Positions 32,716 through 42,360 of a DNA stretch of 64,000 bases are shown piece after piece. The stretch spans positions 449,870-513,869 of the forward strand of contig DAINXV010000001.1 of assembly GCA_036749735.1 (NCBI GenBank), read 5' to 3'. The position numbers were made by a program, and so were the translations under genes. The notes beneath the pieces were generated by a model. That model ran no database searches and was not told the origin of the DNA. It was given only the letters and a program-made list of their open reading frames with translations. Position 1 is the stretch's first letter; each line of letters starts with the position of its first letter. The stretch comes from Mycobacteriaceae bacterium. Its GTDB lineage: Bacteria; Actinomycetota; Actinomycetes; Mycobacteriales; Mycobacteriaceae.

Positions 32716-33793
32716 ATGCGTGCCCCTAAACTCCTCTCCACAACTCTTAGCGCTGCGGCAGCTCTCGGACTCGTGTTGAGCCTGGCCCCCGCCGCCCACG
32801 CCACCCCCCAACTCACGCCTTACGACGTTGCCTCCCAGGATTTCAATAGTTCTATTTCCCTGGGCGAACCGAGTGTCCCGGTGAAGCAGGCAAAACCTGG
32901 TGTTGACACCACCATGGAGCAAGCCCGCAAAGCAGCCGGCGTCACCACCGGCACCGCTTACCCCTTCGACAACCCACGCAACTTTGAAATCCCGGATCCC
33001 GTAGCGCCTACAAGCACGTACCCGAGATACGCACCCCGGGCTGCAAACTCACTAAAAAGAACCCCTACCCAGTGATCATGGTGCACGGCACGTGGGCCAA
33101 CGCCCAGAAGTGGGAGGTTATGGCTCCTGCACTCCAAAAAGCCGGCTACTGTGTCTACGGCATGAACTACGGCTTCGATGCTCGCAACCCCATCTACAAC
33201 AATCCCGAGAATGGGATTTTTGCGACCTCCGGCAGCTACGCCTCCGCCATCGAACTCAACAACTACGTCAACAAGGTGCTCCGCGAGACCGGCGCCAAGA
33301 AAGTGCACCTAGTGGGACATTCCCAGGCCGGATTCGTGTTCCGCCTGTGGATGCATGACTTCCGCGGCAACCAGCGCACCTCCCGCGTCGTCACCCTAGG
33401 TGGCACCAACCACGGCACCACCATGATGGGTATCACCGATTTCCTGCCGGTGTGGAACGTTCCGACCGTCGCCAACGCTGCGGGAGTTCTGCTCTCCCAG
33501 GCAGCAATGGGGCAGCTCATCGGTTCCCCGTACAGAAATATATTGAGTCGCTGCCGGAAACCATGCCGGGCGTAAAATACACTGTCATCACCACCAAAGA
33601 TGACAACACCTCCACCCCGTACGACGCCAGCTTCCTGAAGGCTGGGCCCCGTGCGGAGGTAAGCAATGTGGTGGTTCAAGATGTGTGCAAGGTGGACCAC
33701 AAGATCGACCACAATGATCTCACCACCGACCCCATCCCAACCGAACTGGTAATTAAAGGTCTGCAGGGCAAAAAAGTATCCTGTACTGCCTAA
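32716..33793 (+). pseudogene. frameshifted Lipase_2-family secreted lipase (paralog of 7163-8239 and 33825-34808)
   Basis: Three consecutive ORFs in three frames (32716-33075, 33072-33575, 33452-33793) together align colinearly with the intact paralog at 33825. One frameshift lies at about 33000-33045, where about 38 extra nt sit relative to the paralog between DP and CKLTKK. A second lies at about 33530-33545 (SPYRNILSRC versus the expected SPT.AY.DSLPDTMPG). Confidence 0.6.
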
Positions 33794-33824
33794 AAGCCGC
33801 TGCTGGGCGTTTTAGACTAGAGGC

Positions 33825-34808
33825 ATGAAGAAGATCTCTGCGCTACTTGCCTCTAGTCTTGCCCTCACCCTTGGTTTGGGGCTAATGACTGCCCCGGATG
33901 CCAACGCCTACTTGGTGTATGGACCGGGCTACACTGAACCCGAAATAAGTGACCCCCACTGCAAGCTCACCAAAAAGGACCCCTATCCCGTCGTCCTCAT
34001 CCACGGAACATGGGCATCCACCCAAAAGTGGAAGTTCTTGACGCCCGCGCTGCGCCGTGCCGGCATGTGCGTGTGGGGTCTTAACTTTGGCTACGACCCC
34101 GACGCCTACTTCTACAAGTACCAAAAAGGCCAATACGGTACTGGCTCGGTAGAAAGCTCCATTAAAGAAATTGACGCCTACGTCCAAAAAGTAAGGAAGA
34201 AGACGGGCGCCAAGAAAGTAAACGTCGTGTCCCACAGCTTGGGTGGGCTACTGGTGAAGATTTGGCTCAACCAGTACAAGGCGAACCGCTACGTTAACAA
34301 CGCGGTTCTTATTACCCCCACGCTGCACGGCACCGATATGCGGGGCATTGGGCGGATCGGCGTGCACAGCTATCCGTTGCTACCGGAGTTGGTGGCGTTC
34401 GTGATGTCGAAGCCCGCAGCGTATCAGCTGTACGACTCCCCCACCATTGCTTATGCAGATTCGCTGCCGGACACGATGCCGGGCGTAAACTACGTAAGCC
34501 TCATGACTAAGGATGACCAGACCGCCACCCCCTACACCACCGGCATGATGAAACCTGGTCCGGGTGCGGGGCGTGTACAAAATGTGGTGATCCAGGATGT
34601 TTGCCGGGTTGACCACGAGATGACCCACTCGGGAGTGGTGGAAGATCCTATTGCCCGGCCAGTGATTATCCGTGGGCTCCGCGCCCAGACCGCCAACTGT
34701 AAAGGTACCCCCTGGGAAGTGCCGGATGGATATGTGGGCGCTAGCCATGTGGGTGAAGAGAATGGCTTTAAAGGGGATGCGGAGTCCTACGACGGCGTCA
34801 TTGAGTAA
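33825..34808 (+). CDS. secreted triacylglycerol lipase/esterase, Lipase_2 (LipA-like) family
   Basis: Signal peptide ending ANA, VVLIHGTW, and KVNVVSHSLGG nucleophile elbow. AGAGG sits upstream of the ATG. Confidence 0.8.
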   Translation: MKKISALLASSLALTLGLGLMTAPDANAYLVYGPGYTEPEISDPHCKLTKKDPYPVVLIHGTWASTQKWKFLTPALRRAGMCVWGLNFGYDPDAYFYKYQKGQYGTGSVESSIKEIDAYVQKVRKKTGAKKVNVVSHSLGGLLVKIWLNQYKANRYVNNAVLITPTLHGTDMRGIGRIGVHSYPLLPELVAFVMSKPAAYQLYDSPTIAYADSLPDTMPGVNYVSLMTKDDQTATPYTTGMMKPGPGAGRVQNVVIQDVCRVDHEMTHSGVVEDPIARPVIIRGLRAQTANCKGTPWEVPDGYVGASHVGEENGFKGDAESYDGVIE

Positions 34809-34858
34809 CACTCTTTGAGCAGCTAGTTCCTGCTCTGGCGTTGTGTGCCCAAATAGCA

Positions 34859-34907
34859 GTGTGGGCCGCGTTGATCGCGGCCCACACTTTTGTAAGTTTT
34901 TGTGTTT
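34859..34907. terminator. bidirectional intrinsic terminator (lipase + / glsB-like -)
   Basis: Hairpin GTGTGGGCCGCG-ttgat-CGCGGCCCACAC, followed by TTTTGTAAGTTTTTGTGTTT. Confidence 0.6.
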
Positions 34908-34919
34908 ATACGGTGCTGA

Positions 34920-35186
34920 TTACTTCTTGCTGACCTTCTTGCGAATGAAGCCAACAATCCAAATAATCAGGCATGCACCGGCGATTGCCGTCAGCAGACT
35001 CCACCACATTCCCAGCTGGGAGTCAATAAAGTGGGAAAGAATCCAACCACCGAAGAGGGCACCTGCGACGCCCAGAATGATGTTCATGAAGAAGCCGACA
35101 GATTCGTCGACCTTCATAATCTTTGATGCAATCCAGCCTGCAAGTCCACCCAGTACGATCCAGGCAAACCAACCCCAACCAATCAT
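34920..35186 (-). CDS. GlsB/YeaQ/YmgE-family small stress-response membrane protein
   Basis: 88 aa with a Gly-rich segment and two TM helices (IILGVAGALFGGWIL...). It ends in a basic tail. Confidence 0.75.
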   Translation of the reverse strand: MIGWGWFAWIVLGGLAGWIASKIMKVDESVGFFMNIILGVAGALFGGWILSHFIDSQLGMWWSLLTAIAGACLIIWIVGFIRKKVSKK

Positions 35187-35395
35187 ATTTTTCCTTCCTC
35201 ACGCACCTTTTTATGCGCTTGTTTTCGGTGATCGAGCCGACCACCTCCGGGTTAGTTAAGTCCATTTTATGGGAGGAAAACCACGACGCGCTACCTAATT
35301 CGCTGAAAGAGAGAAATCTCTTTAGCGCTTATTCTGCCGAAATTTAGGCGCAAGAAAGCTGCTCATGCAAGCTATTTCTGTGCTTGGCTAGAGGC

Positions 35396-36628
35396 ATGGG
35401 TACTTCTCAACTTTTTCGAAAAATTCGCCGGTCCATAGTGGCCGTAGCGACCACAATTGCCTTGGTGGGGTCCGGTGGGGGCCTCGCATTAGCCGACCCG
35501 ATCCAGCCACAGCAACCCACCCCGTTCTGGTCGGGTTTGGACGCCACAAACTATAAGGGGCCCATCCCCAATAAACCTGGTGTCCTCCTGAAAGAAGTTC
35601 GTTTGGATAAGCGCGCCTGGCAGCCAGCAGCCCGTGATGCCAGCCGCATCCTCTACACCACCCGAAATGCTTCGGGCGAGATGGCGGTCTCTACTGCCGC
35701 AATTTTCCTACCCCACAAACCTGCCCCCAAGGGGGGATATAAGGTTATTGCCTGGGCGCACGGCACTGTCGGGTTGAACAACGACTGCACGCCGTCCGCT
35801 GGGGACCGTTACCCGCGTGACGTCCGCTACCTGGATCATTGGTTGAAGCAGGGCTACGCCATTGTGGCCACCGACTATGTGGGGCTGGGAACCCCGGGGA
35901 TTATGCCCTACCTGGATGGCAAAACTTCCGCCCACAACGTGGTGGATTCGGTGAAGGCTGCGCAACACTCAGGTTTCGCCAAACTTTCCCCGCGGTGGGT
36001 TGTGGTGGGCCAATCGCAGGGCGGTGGAGTGGCCATGATTACTGCCCGCTACGCCACCCAATACTCGAAGGGATCAAACCTGGACTACCGAGGTGCGGTC
36101 TCCACCGGTACCCCGGCCTACATTGAGGACCTTATGCAGTTCGCCGGTCCGAACTTCAAAATACCCACCCAGGCAGCTGGACTTACCGTCTATGTGCTGT
36201 ACATTTTGACTGGTTTCCAGTCTGCACGCCCGAATATTGATGTCGATAGTGTGCTTTCCCCCACCGGCAAAAAGTGGGTGAAGAAGGCGCAAACACTCTG
36301 CTACGGTGCGCTGCATAAGAGCATTGTGGATAACCAGATTAATGTCAGCGAGTTTTTCGCCAAGTCGATGAATACTATTCCGGGCATCCATGAGGAGCTC
36401 TCCGGCTACATGGGTATCCCGGTGAAGGGCTACGATCGCCCCATTTTCATGGGACATGGCGGTCTCGACACGGATGTTATTACTCCCCTCACCCTGCGTT
36501 TGGTGGTGGAGATGAAGGTGGCGAATGAGCCGCTCGAATTCTACTTCTACCCCACTTACGACCATTCGGAGACGGTGAACGGTTCTTTGAAGGATTCGAC
36601 ACCGTTTGTGGAGCGGGTGATGAAGTAA
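35396..36628 (+). CDS. secretory lipase (LIP family, PF03583-like) with signal peptide
   Basis: GQSQGG nucleophile elbow, plus the overall LIP-family layout. The ORF track starts at a TTG at 35384. ATG at 35396 follows AGAGG. Confidence 0.7.
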   Translation: MGTSQLFRKIRRSIVAVATTIALVGSGGGLALADPIQPQQPTPFWSGLDATNYKGPIPNKPGVLLKEVRLDKRAWQPAARDASRILYTTRNASGEMAVSTAAIFLPHKPAPKGGYKVIAWAHGTVGLNNDCTPSAGDRYPRDVRYLDHWLKQGYAIVATDYVGLGTPGIMPYLDGKTSAHNVVDSVKAAQHSGFAKLSPRWVVVGQSQGGGVAMITARYATQYSKGSNLDYRGAVSTGTPAYIEDLMQFAGPNFKIPTQAAGLTVYVLYILTGFQSARPNIDVDSVLSPTGKKWVKKAQTLCYGALHKSIVDNQINVSEFFAKSMNTIPGIHEELSGYMGIPVKGYDRPIFMGHGGLDTDVITPLTLRLVVEMKVANEPLEFYFYPTYDHSETVNGSLKDSTPFVERVMK

Positions 36629-36680
36629 ACCCTGGTGTGGTTGCAGCGGTGTTGCTGCAGCTTTGATATATGCATAAATG

Positions 36681-36717
36681 AGTGGTGCCGCCCCTTGTGG
36701 GGGCGGCACCACTTTTC
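36681..36717. terminator. intrinsic terminator after LIP lipase (also downstream of convergent adhE)
   Basis: Hairpin AGTGGTGCCGCCCC-ttgt-GGGGGCGGCACCACT, followed by TTTCG. Confidence 0.55.
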
Positions 36718-36848
36718 GAGGTAGCTACTTCCCTAATGGACTCCGGGAGGGAGGCAGCGTTTCTTGTCAAACCTAACCTAGCCTGTAGGAATGACAGGAT
36801 TATGAAGTTGTGTGCGCATATTAGACGTCTGGTGTGACGTCTGTATGT

Positions 36849-39485
36849 TTAGCGCACGTCGTACTTGTTGCCTTTAGCTGCCAGGCGGAAGAGTTCCTTC
36901 AGCTCTTCGAGGCGTGCGGCACGCGGGGTACCGGAGGCACCTTGGAGTGCGAAGGCACGGAGTGTAACCTCATCGAGGCGCTTCTCAAGCTCGTCGGAGC
37001 TGATGCCGATCTGGTTGAGATCCTTCGGCAGCTTAATGTTGGCACGCAGTTTTTCGAGTTCGTCGGCAATCACAGCACCAGCGTTCTGGTTTTTGCGAAC
37101 GGTGAGGTGCAGGTTGTATGCCATTTCTTCACAGCGCTCTCCAACCTTATACACTTCGTAGTTCGGGCTGATGACCAGGCCACGGGGGCGGCTGGCCAGG
37201 AAGCGCAGAACGTTGGGGAAGAAGATGGCGGAGGCGAGGTGGCGGTCGACGTCATAGTCGGCGAACACTTCTTCAGTGGCGAAGGCCATTGCGTTGGCAA
37301 TACCAGTGTTGGTGGCGAAGAAGAGTGCTGCAACCATGGTGCCGGCGCCCAGCATGCGGTCGCGGTGGTGGAGTGCTTCGCTGCCACGGTCGCCCTTTTC
37401 GGCGAACTTCCAGGCGGTCTCCAGATGTTCGTGGGCTACCGACATGGAGCGCAGTGCGAGCGCGTCAGAGAAGTCGGTGGCGTTGACGGACAGGAAGGCT
37501 TCCACGGACTGCACAATGTTTTCGAAGCCACGGGAGGCGACTGCGTCGGCGTCCCAACGGCGAGCCATAACTCGGTCGATGAGGGCGACGTCTGCCATGA
37601 ACCCGAATTGGGTGGCGAGGGTTTCCTGGCCGGTATCCGGGTCGAACACCATCGCCTTGTTGGAGATGGAGGCCTGGCAACCGGATAGGGTGGGCACCGC
37701 AATCAGCTGGCAGAGCTGGCCGCGACTGTCGATGGAGAGGGTCGGATTGCTGAGGTCAGCGATCTTCAGTTCGGGGTTCTCGTAGAGGGCACGAACCATC
37801 TTGCCAACGTTGATGATGTTGGTTTCACCAACTGCCACAATGGTGTCCGGTTTGAAGCCACGCACGGCAACTACCGCACGCTTCAAGCTGGATTCGGTGA
37901 TGGGGAATTCCACACCATCAATAATCTGGAGGGAGACGGGGTTTTGGCGTCCGCGGAGGAGACCAATAACGTCGTCCAGAATACCGAGCTCCATGGTGGC
38001 CGGGTCGGTAACGATGCTGACGCGGTTAATGTTCGGTAGGGTGCCGAGTTCACGCAGTACCCCTTCGGCGGCGTACACGCGCTGCGGCAATTGGACTGGC
38101 TCAACCACTGGGTTCCTCCGGGCGATGCGTTTGACGTTGATGAGGTGGGCGGCGTGGACGTTTCCGGATACGGAGTTGTGTCCATAGGAGCCGCACCCCA
38201 GGGTGAGGGACGGGATCAAGGAGTTGTAGATTCCGCCGATGGCACCTTGTGAGGTGGGTGCGTTTTCGACGATGCGGACGGCGCGCACAGCTGCCCCGAA
38301 GTCCTTGATGACGTCACGGTCGTGGGAGTGAATGGTGGCACTGTGGCCAAGTCCGTCAAGCTCCACCATCTGGCGTGCAAGGTCAATGCCGTTGGCAGTG
38401 TCTTTGGCACGGAGGATGGTGAGGACTGGGCACAGCTTCTCACGGGTCATGGGGGCGTCGTTGCCCACATGGTCGGCGTGAGCCAGCAGGACGGTGGTGT
38501 CTTCGGGGATCTTAATGCCCACTTGCTCTGCCAGCCATGCCGGGGTCTTACCGACGATGTGCGGGTTGAGTTTGGGGGCGTTCTGGTGTTTGGGATCATC
38601 TTCCGCGAAGACGAACATGAAGTCTTCGAGTTTCTGCTGCTCCTGTTTGGTGAGCTGGTAGGCTCCCAGGCGCTCGAACTGCTCGATGGCTTCGTCGTAG
38701 ATTTCGTCGTCGAGGACAGCGGCCTGCTCAGAGGCACAAATCATGCCGTTGTCGAAGGTCTTGGAGACTACGACGTCGTGGACGGCGCGGGCGACGTAGG
38801 AGGATTTGTGGATGTAGGCGGGGACGTTTCCGGCGCCGACACCGAGGGCGGGCTTGCCGCAGGAGTAGGCGGCGCGCACCATGGCGTTTCCACCGGTGGC
38901 GAGGATGCAGTCAACGCCGTCGTGGTTCATGAGGGCGTTGGACCCTGCCATGGAGGGTTTTTCGATCCACTGGATGCAGTTTTCGGGGGCGCCGGCACGG
39001 ATGGCGGCGTCACGAATAATGGTGGCTGCCTTGATGCAGCAGCTGTTGGCTCCTGGGTGGAAGGAGAAGATGATGGGGTTGCGGGTTTTCAAGCACATGA
39101 GTGCTTTGAACATGGTGGTGGAGGTGGGGTTGGTGACGGGGGTTGCGCCGGCAACAACACCGATGGGCTCGGCCACCTTGGTTATTCCGCTTTGTTCGTC
39201 ATGGGAAATGACTCCCACGGTACGTAGGTCCCGCATGTGGTTGGCTACGTTAACGCAGGCGAATTGGTTTTTGATGACCTTGTGTTCGAAGTTTCCGCGA
39301 CCGGTTTCCTCGCTGGCGTCTTTGGCGAGCTCGATGGCTGCAGCCTGGCCTTCGGATGCGGCGACGGATACGATGCGGTCAACGTCTTCTTGGGTAAAGT
39401 TTTTGAATTCGTCGAGGGCGACGCGTGCTCGTTTGACTAGGCCGTCGATCTCGGCGAGTGTTTTTTTCTGTTCGTCAGTGCTCAT
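36849..39485 (-). CDS. adhE: bifunctional acetaldehyde-CoA/alcohol dehydrogenase
   Basis: 878 aa. The N-terminal aldehyde dehydrogenase domain has a catalytic Cys region and the C-terminal is an Fe-dependent alcohol dehydrogenase domain. The length and domain order are those of AdhE. Confidence 0.9.
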   Translation of the reverse strand: MSTDEQKKTLAEIDGLVKRARVALDEFKNFTQEDVDRIVSVAASEGQAAAIELAKDASEETGRGNFEHKVIKNQFACVNVANHMRDLRTVGVISHDEQSGITKVAEPIGVVAGATPVTNPTSTTMFKALMCLKTRNPIIFSFHPGANSCCIKAATIIRDAAIRAGAPENCIQWIEKPSMAGSNALMNHDGVDCILATGGNAMVRAAYSCGKPALGVGAGNVPAYIHKSSYVARAVHDVVVSKTFDNGMICASEQAAVLDDEIYDEAIEQFERLGAYQLTKQEQQKLEDFMFVFAEDDPKHQNAPKLNPHIVGKTPAWLAEQVGIKIPEDTTVLLAHADHVGNDAPMTREKLCPVLTILRAKDTANGIDLARQMVELDGLGHSATIHSHDRDVIKDFGAAVRAVRIVENAPTSQGAIGGIYNSLIPSLTLGCGSYGHNSVSGNVHAAHLINVKRIARRNPVVEPVQLPQRVYAAEGVLRELGTLPNINRVSIVTDPATMELGILDDVIGLLRGRQNPVSLQIIDGVEFPITESSLKRAVVAVRGFKPDTIVAVGETNIINVGKMVRALYENPELKIADLSNPTLSIDSRGQLCQLIAVPTLSGCQASISNKAMVFDPDTGQETLATQFGFMADVALIDRVMARRWDADAVASRGFENIVQSVEAFLSVNATDFSDALALRSMSVAHEHLETAWKFAEKGDRGSEALHHRDRMLGAGTMVAALFFATNTGIANAMAFATEEVFADYDVDRHLASAIFFPNVLRFLASRPRGLVISPNYEVYKVGERCEEMAYNLHLTVRKNQNAGAVIADELEKLRANIKLPKDLNQIGISSDELEKRLDEVTLRAFALQGASGTPRAARLEELKELFRLAAKGNKYDVR

Positions 39486-39649
39486 TTATATCTCCCGGAT
39501 ACAAAAAGTCGGGTGTAGGGTCGGCAGCTGAGAGTGGGCTGCTAGGTTGGCATCCGGGGTGTTGAATACCAGATAGTGGTGACTCTATAGGATGGGTTAT
39601 AAGCGCTTCAAATGTCTTTTTGGGCATGTTCTGACTCACATTTGAGCTG

Positions 39650-39706
39650 TTTTCGCACGTCAAAGGCAATTTCCATTAATGGAAAAGTATTTTCATTGTG
39701 CGAAAA
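39650..39706 (-). promoter_or_regulatory. nested palindromes upstream of adhE: TTTTCGCAC ... TTCCATTAATGGAA ... GTGCGAAAA
   Basis: A 9 bp inverted repeat flanks a perfect 14 bp palindrome, about 165-220 nt upstream of the adhE start in an AT-rich region. Confidence 0.3.
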
Positions 39707-39758
39707 TATGAAGGAAACTCACATTCCCGAAAGTGTGTAACGAGCAACACACTTAGCG

Positions 39759-41501
39759 CTAGCGGCCGGTACCAAAGAGTGGGTCTTTGGGGTGCCGGAT
39801 AACGCCGTAGAGGGTTTGTTCTTGCTCATCTAGCCGCAGGATTTTGCGAGTGTTTTTGGCCGAACGGCGAGTGCGTTTGAAGCCTTTGCCTCCTTGTTTG
39901 TCGCCGGCGCCTCCAGTACCTGGGGCACCCATCATGCCCATGCCGCGCATGCCGGCAGCGCCACCACGGGCACCAGCGTTGGCGGCACCTGGGCGAGCGG
40001 CACCACTGCCACCTGCACGTGGTGCTGACGGAATATTACCTGCAGATCCCGGAGCTTTGGGGGCATTGGGTGCCGCACCAGAGCCTGCCGAGCCACCAGC
40101 ACCAGTGCCTTGCCAATAGGGCCCCACACCGGGAGCCTGCGGACCACGAGCCCCACCAGACTGCCCACCAGGCGTCTGACCCAGCAGCGTGCCACGGTCG
40201 GGAGTGGGCATAGTTGTGGTAGTTCCAGGAACGGTGCCCGGAGGCTGCGGTGTGGGGTTAAAGGTCGCAGCGTTGGTTCCTGCTGGTGGGGTATACCCAG
40301 CAACACCCTGCCCAGGAGCAGGAGTTCCTTCTTTAAGCGGACCACTAGGCCCAGTGGGTGTGGGGTGATTTGTTGTGGGAGGTTTCGCCATCTCCGGATT
40401 CGGAGCATCCGGAACCTCAATAGGCCCCTGCTGAGACCCAGCGGGCGTTGGCTGCTGCGGAGATGAGTCTTGTGGCATCACGCCACTAAACCGAGAAGCA
40501 TTCGGCATTGACGAAATTCCTGTGCCGGCAGCACCTCCTGTTCGGCCACTTCCAGGGAAACCAGGCTCTCCTGGGAAAGGAATCTCTTCCGGACGGACAG
40601 CCCGCATCGGCATCGCAAACTCAACCGACTTAGTATCCGCCCCCTGAATACCCGGATTGTAGGAGCCAGAGATGACCTTATTGGCCTTCTCAATGAACTT
40701 CGCTTCTTGGAAAGCCGCCTGATCGGCGGATTTAGTCGACTTCCGTTCTGAAGCTATCTCTTCAAACTCAGCTTGAGCCTGATTAACGGCAGTAGCAAAA
40801 GTCCCAGTCCGCTCCTGTACTGATCTAAACCCGTTACCAAGTTCAGACATTGAGTCTGCCCAGCGATGGATACCTCGACCTGCTTCATAAGTAAAGGCAT
40901 CGGAAGAGCCAGAGTTCATCACTTCCTGGGCGACTTTGTGAATCTCATACGAAACATTCTCAACAATTTTTGCCTGCTTGTGCGAGAAACGTTGAACGTC
41001 GAGAACAAGATCAATAGGAGCCCTCGCGAACTCTGTTGCTAACGTCTCCACATCTCGACCCAAAGGCTCTTCCACCAGTGGAATCCCATGGCCGGTTAGA
41101 GTATGGAAGCGGCGACCATCTTTGGTCTTAAAACCTTTACCCAGAGACGTCATCTCCGGCATATAGAACGGTGAATGTTCCTGTTCCGCACCGCGAGCGC
41201 GATAAAAACCATCCAACTGGGCACTTAGGTCAGCATCTTGGATGTCCACTAGGCCAGCAAGGTCTTTAAGACTCGCAGACACCACATCAGATTCACCTTT
41301 ATGCCATTTTAATAGCGTCAACAGTCCATTATTTCCTGCAAGAATAGCTCGCAATTGATCTAAAAAAGACTGCACCGACACTAGTGAAGAATCCGCGTAA
41401 TTAATTGAATCAGCAATCGAGCTTTCACTTAAAGAAAGCTCGTTACTTATATTTAAAATCTTCGTACTGGCTGCCTTTAACTCGGCTAGATCTAGCTTCA
41501 T
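39759..41501 (-). CDS. large non-globular protein: about 280 aa alpha-helical N-domain, about 250 aa Pro/Gly/Thr/Ala low-complexity region, short basic C-terminal tail
   Basis: 580 aa ORF with a strong SD (GGGGGAGG) immediately after the upstream lipoprotein stop. It has no signal peptide. No family was recognised with confidence. Confidence 0.6.
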   Translation of the reverse strand: MKLDLAELKAASTKILNISNELSLSESSIADSINYADSSLVSVQSFLDQLRAILAGNNGLLTLLKWHKGESDVVSASLKDLAGLVDIQDADLSAQLDGFYRARGAEQEHSPFYMPEMTSLGKGFKTKDGRRFHTLTGHGIPLVEEPLGRDVETLATEFARAPIDLVLDVQRFSHKQAKIVENVSYEIHKVAQEVMNSGSSDAFTYEAGRGIHRWADSMSELGNGFRSVQERTGTFATAVNQAQAEFEEIASERKSTKSADQAAFQEAKFIEKANKVISGSYNPGIQGADTKSVEFAMPMRAVRPEEIPFPGEPGFPGSGRTGGAAGTGISSMPNASRFSGVMPQDSSPQQPTPAGSQQGPIEVPDAPNPEMAKPPTTNHPTPTGPSGPLKEGTPAPGQGVAGYTPPAGTNAATFNPTPQPPGTVPGTTTTMPTPDRGTLLGQTPGGQSGGARGPQAPGVGPYWQGTGAGGSAGSGAAPNAPKAPGSAGNIPSAPRAGGSGAARPGAANAGARGGAAGMRGMGMMGAPGTGGAGDKQGGKGFKRTRRSAKNTRKILRLDEQEQTLYGVIRHPKDPLFGTGR

Positions 41502-41510
41502 GGCCTCCCC

Positions 41511-42188
41511 CTAGCTACCTCTTTCAGCTAACGCTAATGCTGCATCGCATGCTTGGGTTGAGTGCGGATCTTCGGGGACTCTGGCTAGTTGATAGGCCAC
41601 TGAATAGACAGTGCCCTGATAGTAATAATCCACTGCACACGCCTGCGTAATAGGAAGATCCTGTTGCACTTGCCCCACCCGGGCAGGCTTCCCATTCACT
41701 GTGGTTTCATAATGCAACTTAAAACGAGGAGGACGAGAGGCCTCCTCCATAGGGGCATCAATCCGCGCAATCGCCACTAGCTGCTCCGGAAAATCTTTCC
41801 AAACACACACCCAACGCTTACCCTCCCCGCCTTCACGTTGCAACAAATCTTTCTGCGGATCGATCCCAAGTTTGCGTAGTTCAGCCTTATTAATGGTGTT
41901 ACAAATCTCCAACCAATCCGGAGTCTGCTTCAACCCCCACTCCATAAACTCGTCGGAGTAATCCTGCAAGCCTTTGTCATCAACATCACCGAAAGTCACC
42001 CCAGGTTCCGCACCCCGGTCATGGTTCGCATGAATAAACGGCTCCCCGTCCGTATCCAACTTGGGACCAGCCTCCTGCCCGATCCCCACATTCATACTCG
42101 ACCTACCGCTGTCACACGCAGTACCACCCAAGAGCACTGCGACACCGCACACAGCAGCAACAACACGAGAAAATCGACGTGAGGCCAT
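41511..42188 (-). CDS. lipoprotein (DUF3558-like actinobacterial lipoprotein, tentative)
   Basis: Signal peptide MASRRFSRVVAAVCGVAVLLGGTAC with a lipobox-like GTAC, and several conserved-looking Cys. ATG at 42188 has GAAGG upstream. The track ORF starts at a TTG at 42215. Confidence 0.6.
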   Translation of the reverse strand: MASRRFSRVVAAVCGVAVLLGGTACDSGRSSMNVGIGQEAGPKLDTDGEPFIHANHDRGAEPGVTFGDVDDKGLQDYSDEFMEWGLKQTPDWLEICNTINKAELRKLGIDPQKDLLQREGGEGKRWVCVWKDFPEQLVAIARIDAPMEEASRPPRFKLHYETTVNGKPARVGQVQQDLPITQACAVDYYYQGTVYSVAYQLARVPEDPHSTQACDAALALAERGS

Positions 42189-42360
42189 CGTCAAAGAACC
42201 TTCCATGGAATACAAACAAATTGTTGTTTGACGTTACCGGGACAGTTTAACTCTCTATCCCAACGAACTGGAACGCTACTTTATCCGAAATGGGGAGAAG
42301 CCCAGCTGCACGCTCCACAGCTAGGCTTCTCTTTTATCTTAAGTTATTAAAGACGTGGGG

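Noticed and set aside
33072-33575. GTG-initiated 167 aa ORF 'MIMVHGTW...' as an intact cytoplasmic lipase.
   Set aside because: The upstream ORF in another frame encodes exactly the signal peptide and N-terminal region of the paralogs, and the downstream C-terminal part is in a third frame. The simplest reading is one gene broken by two frameshifts.
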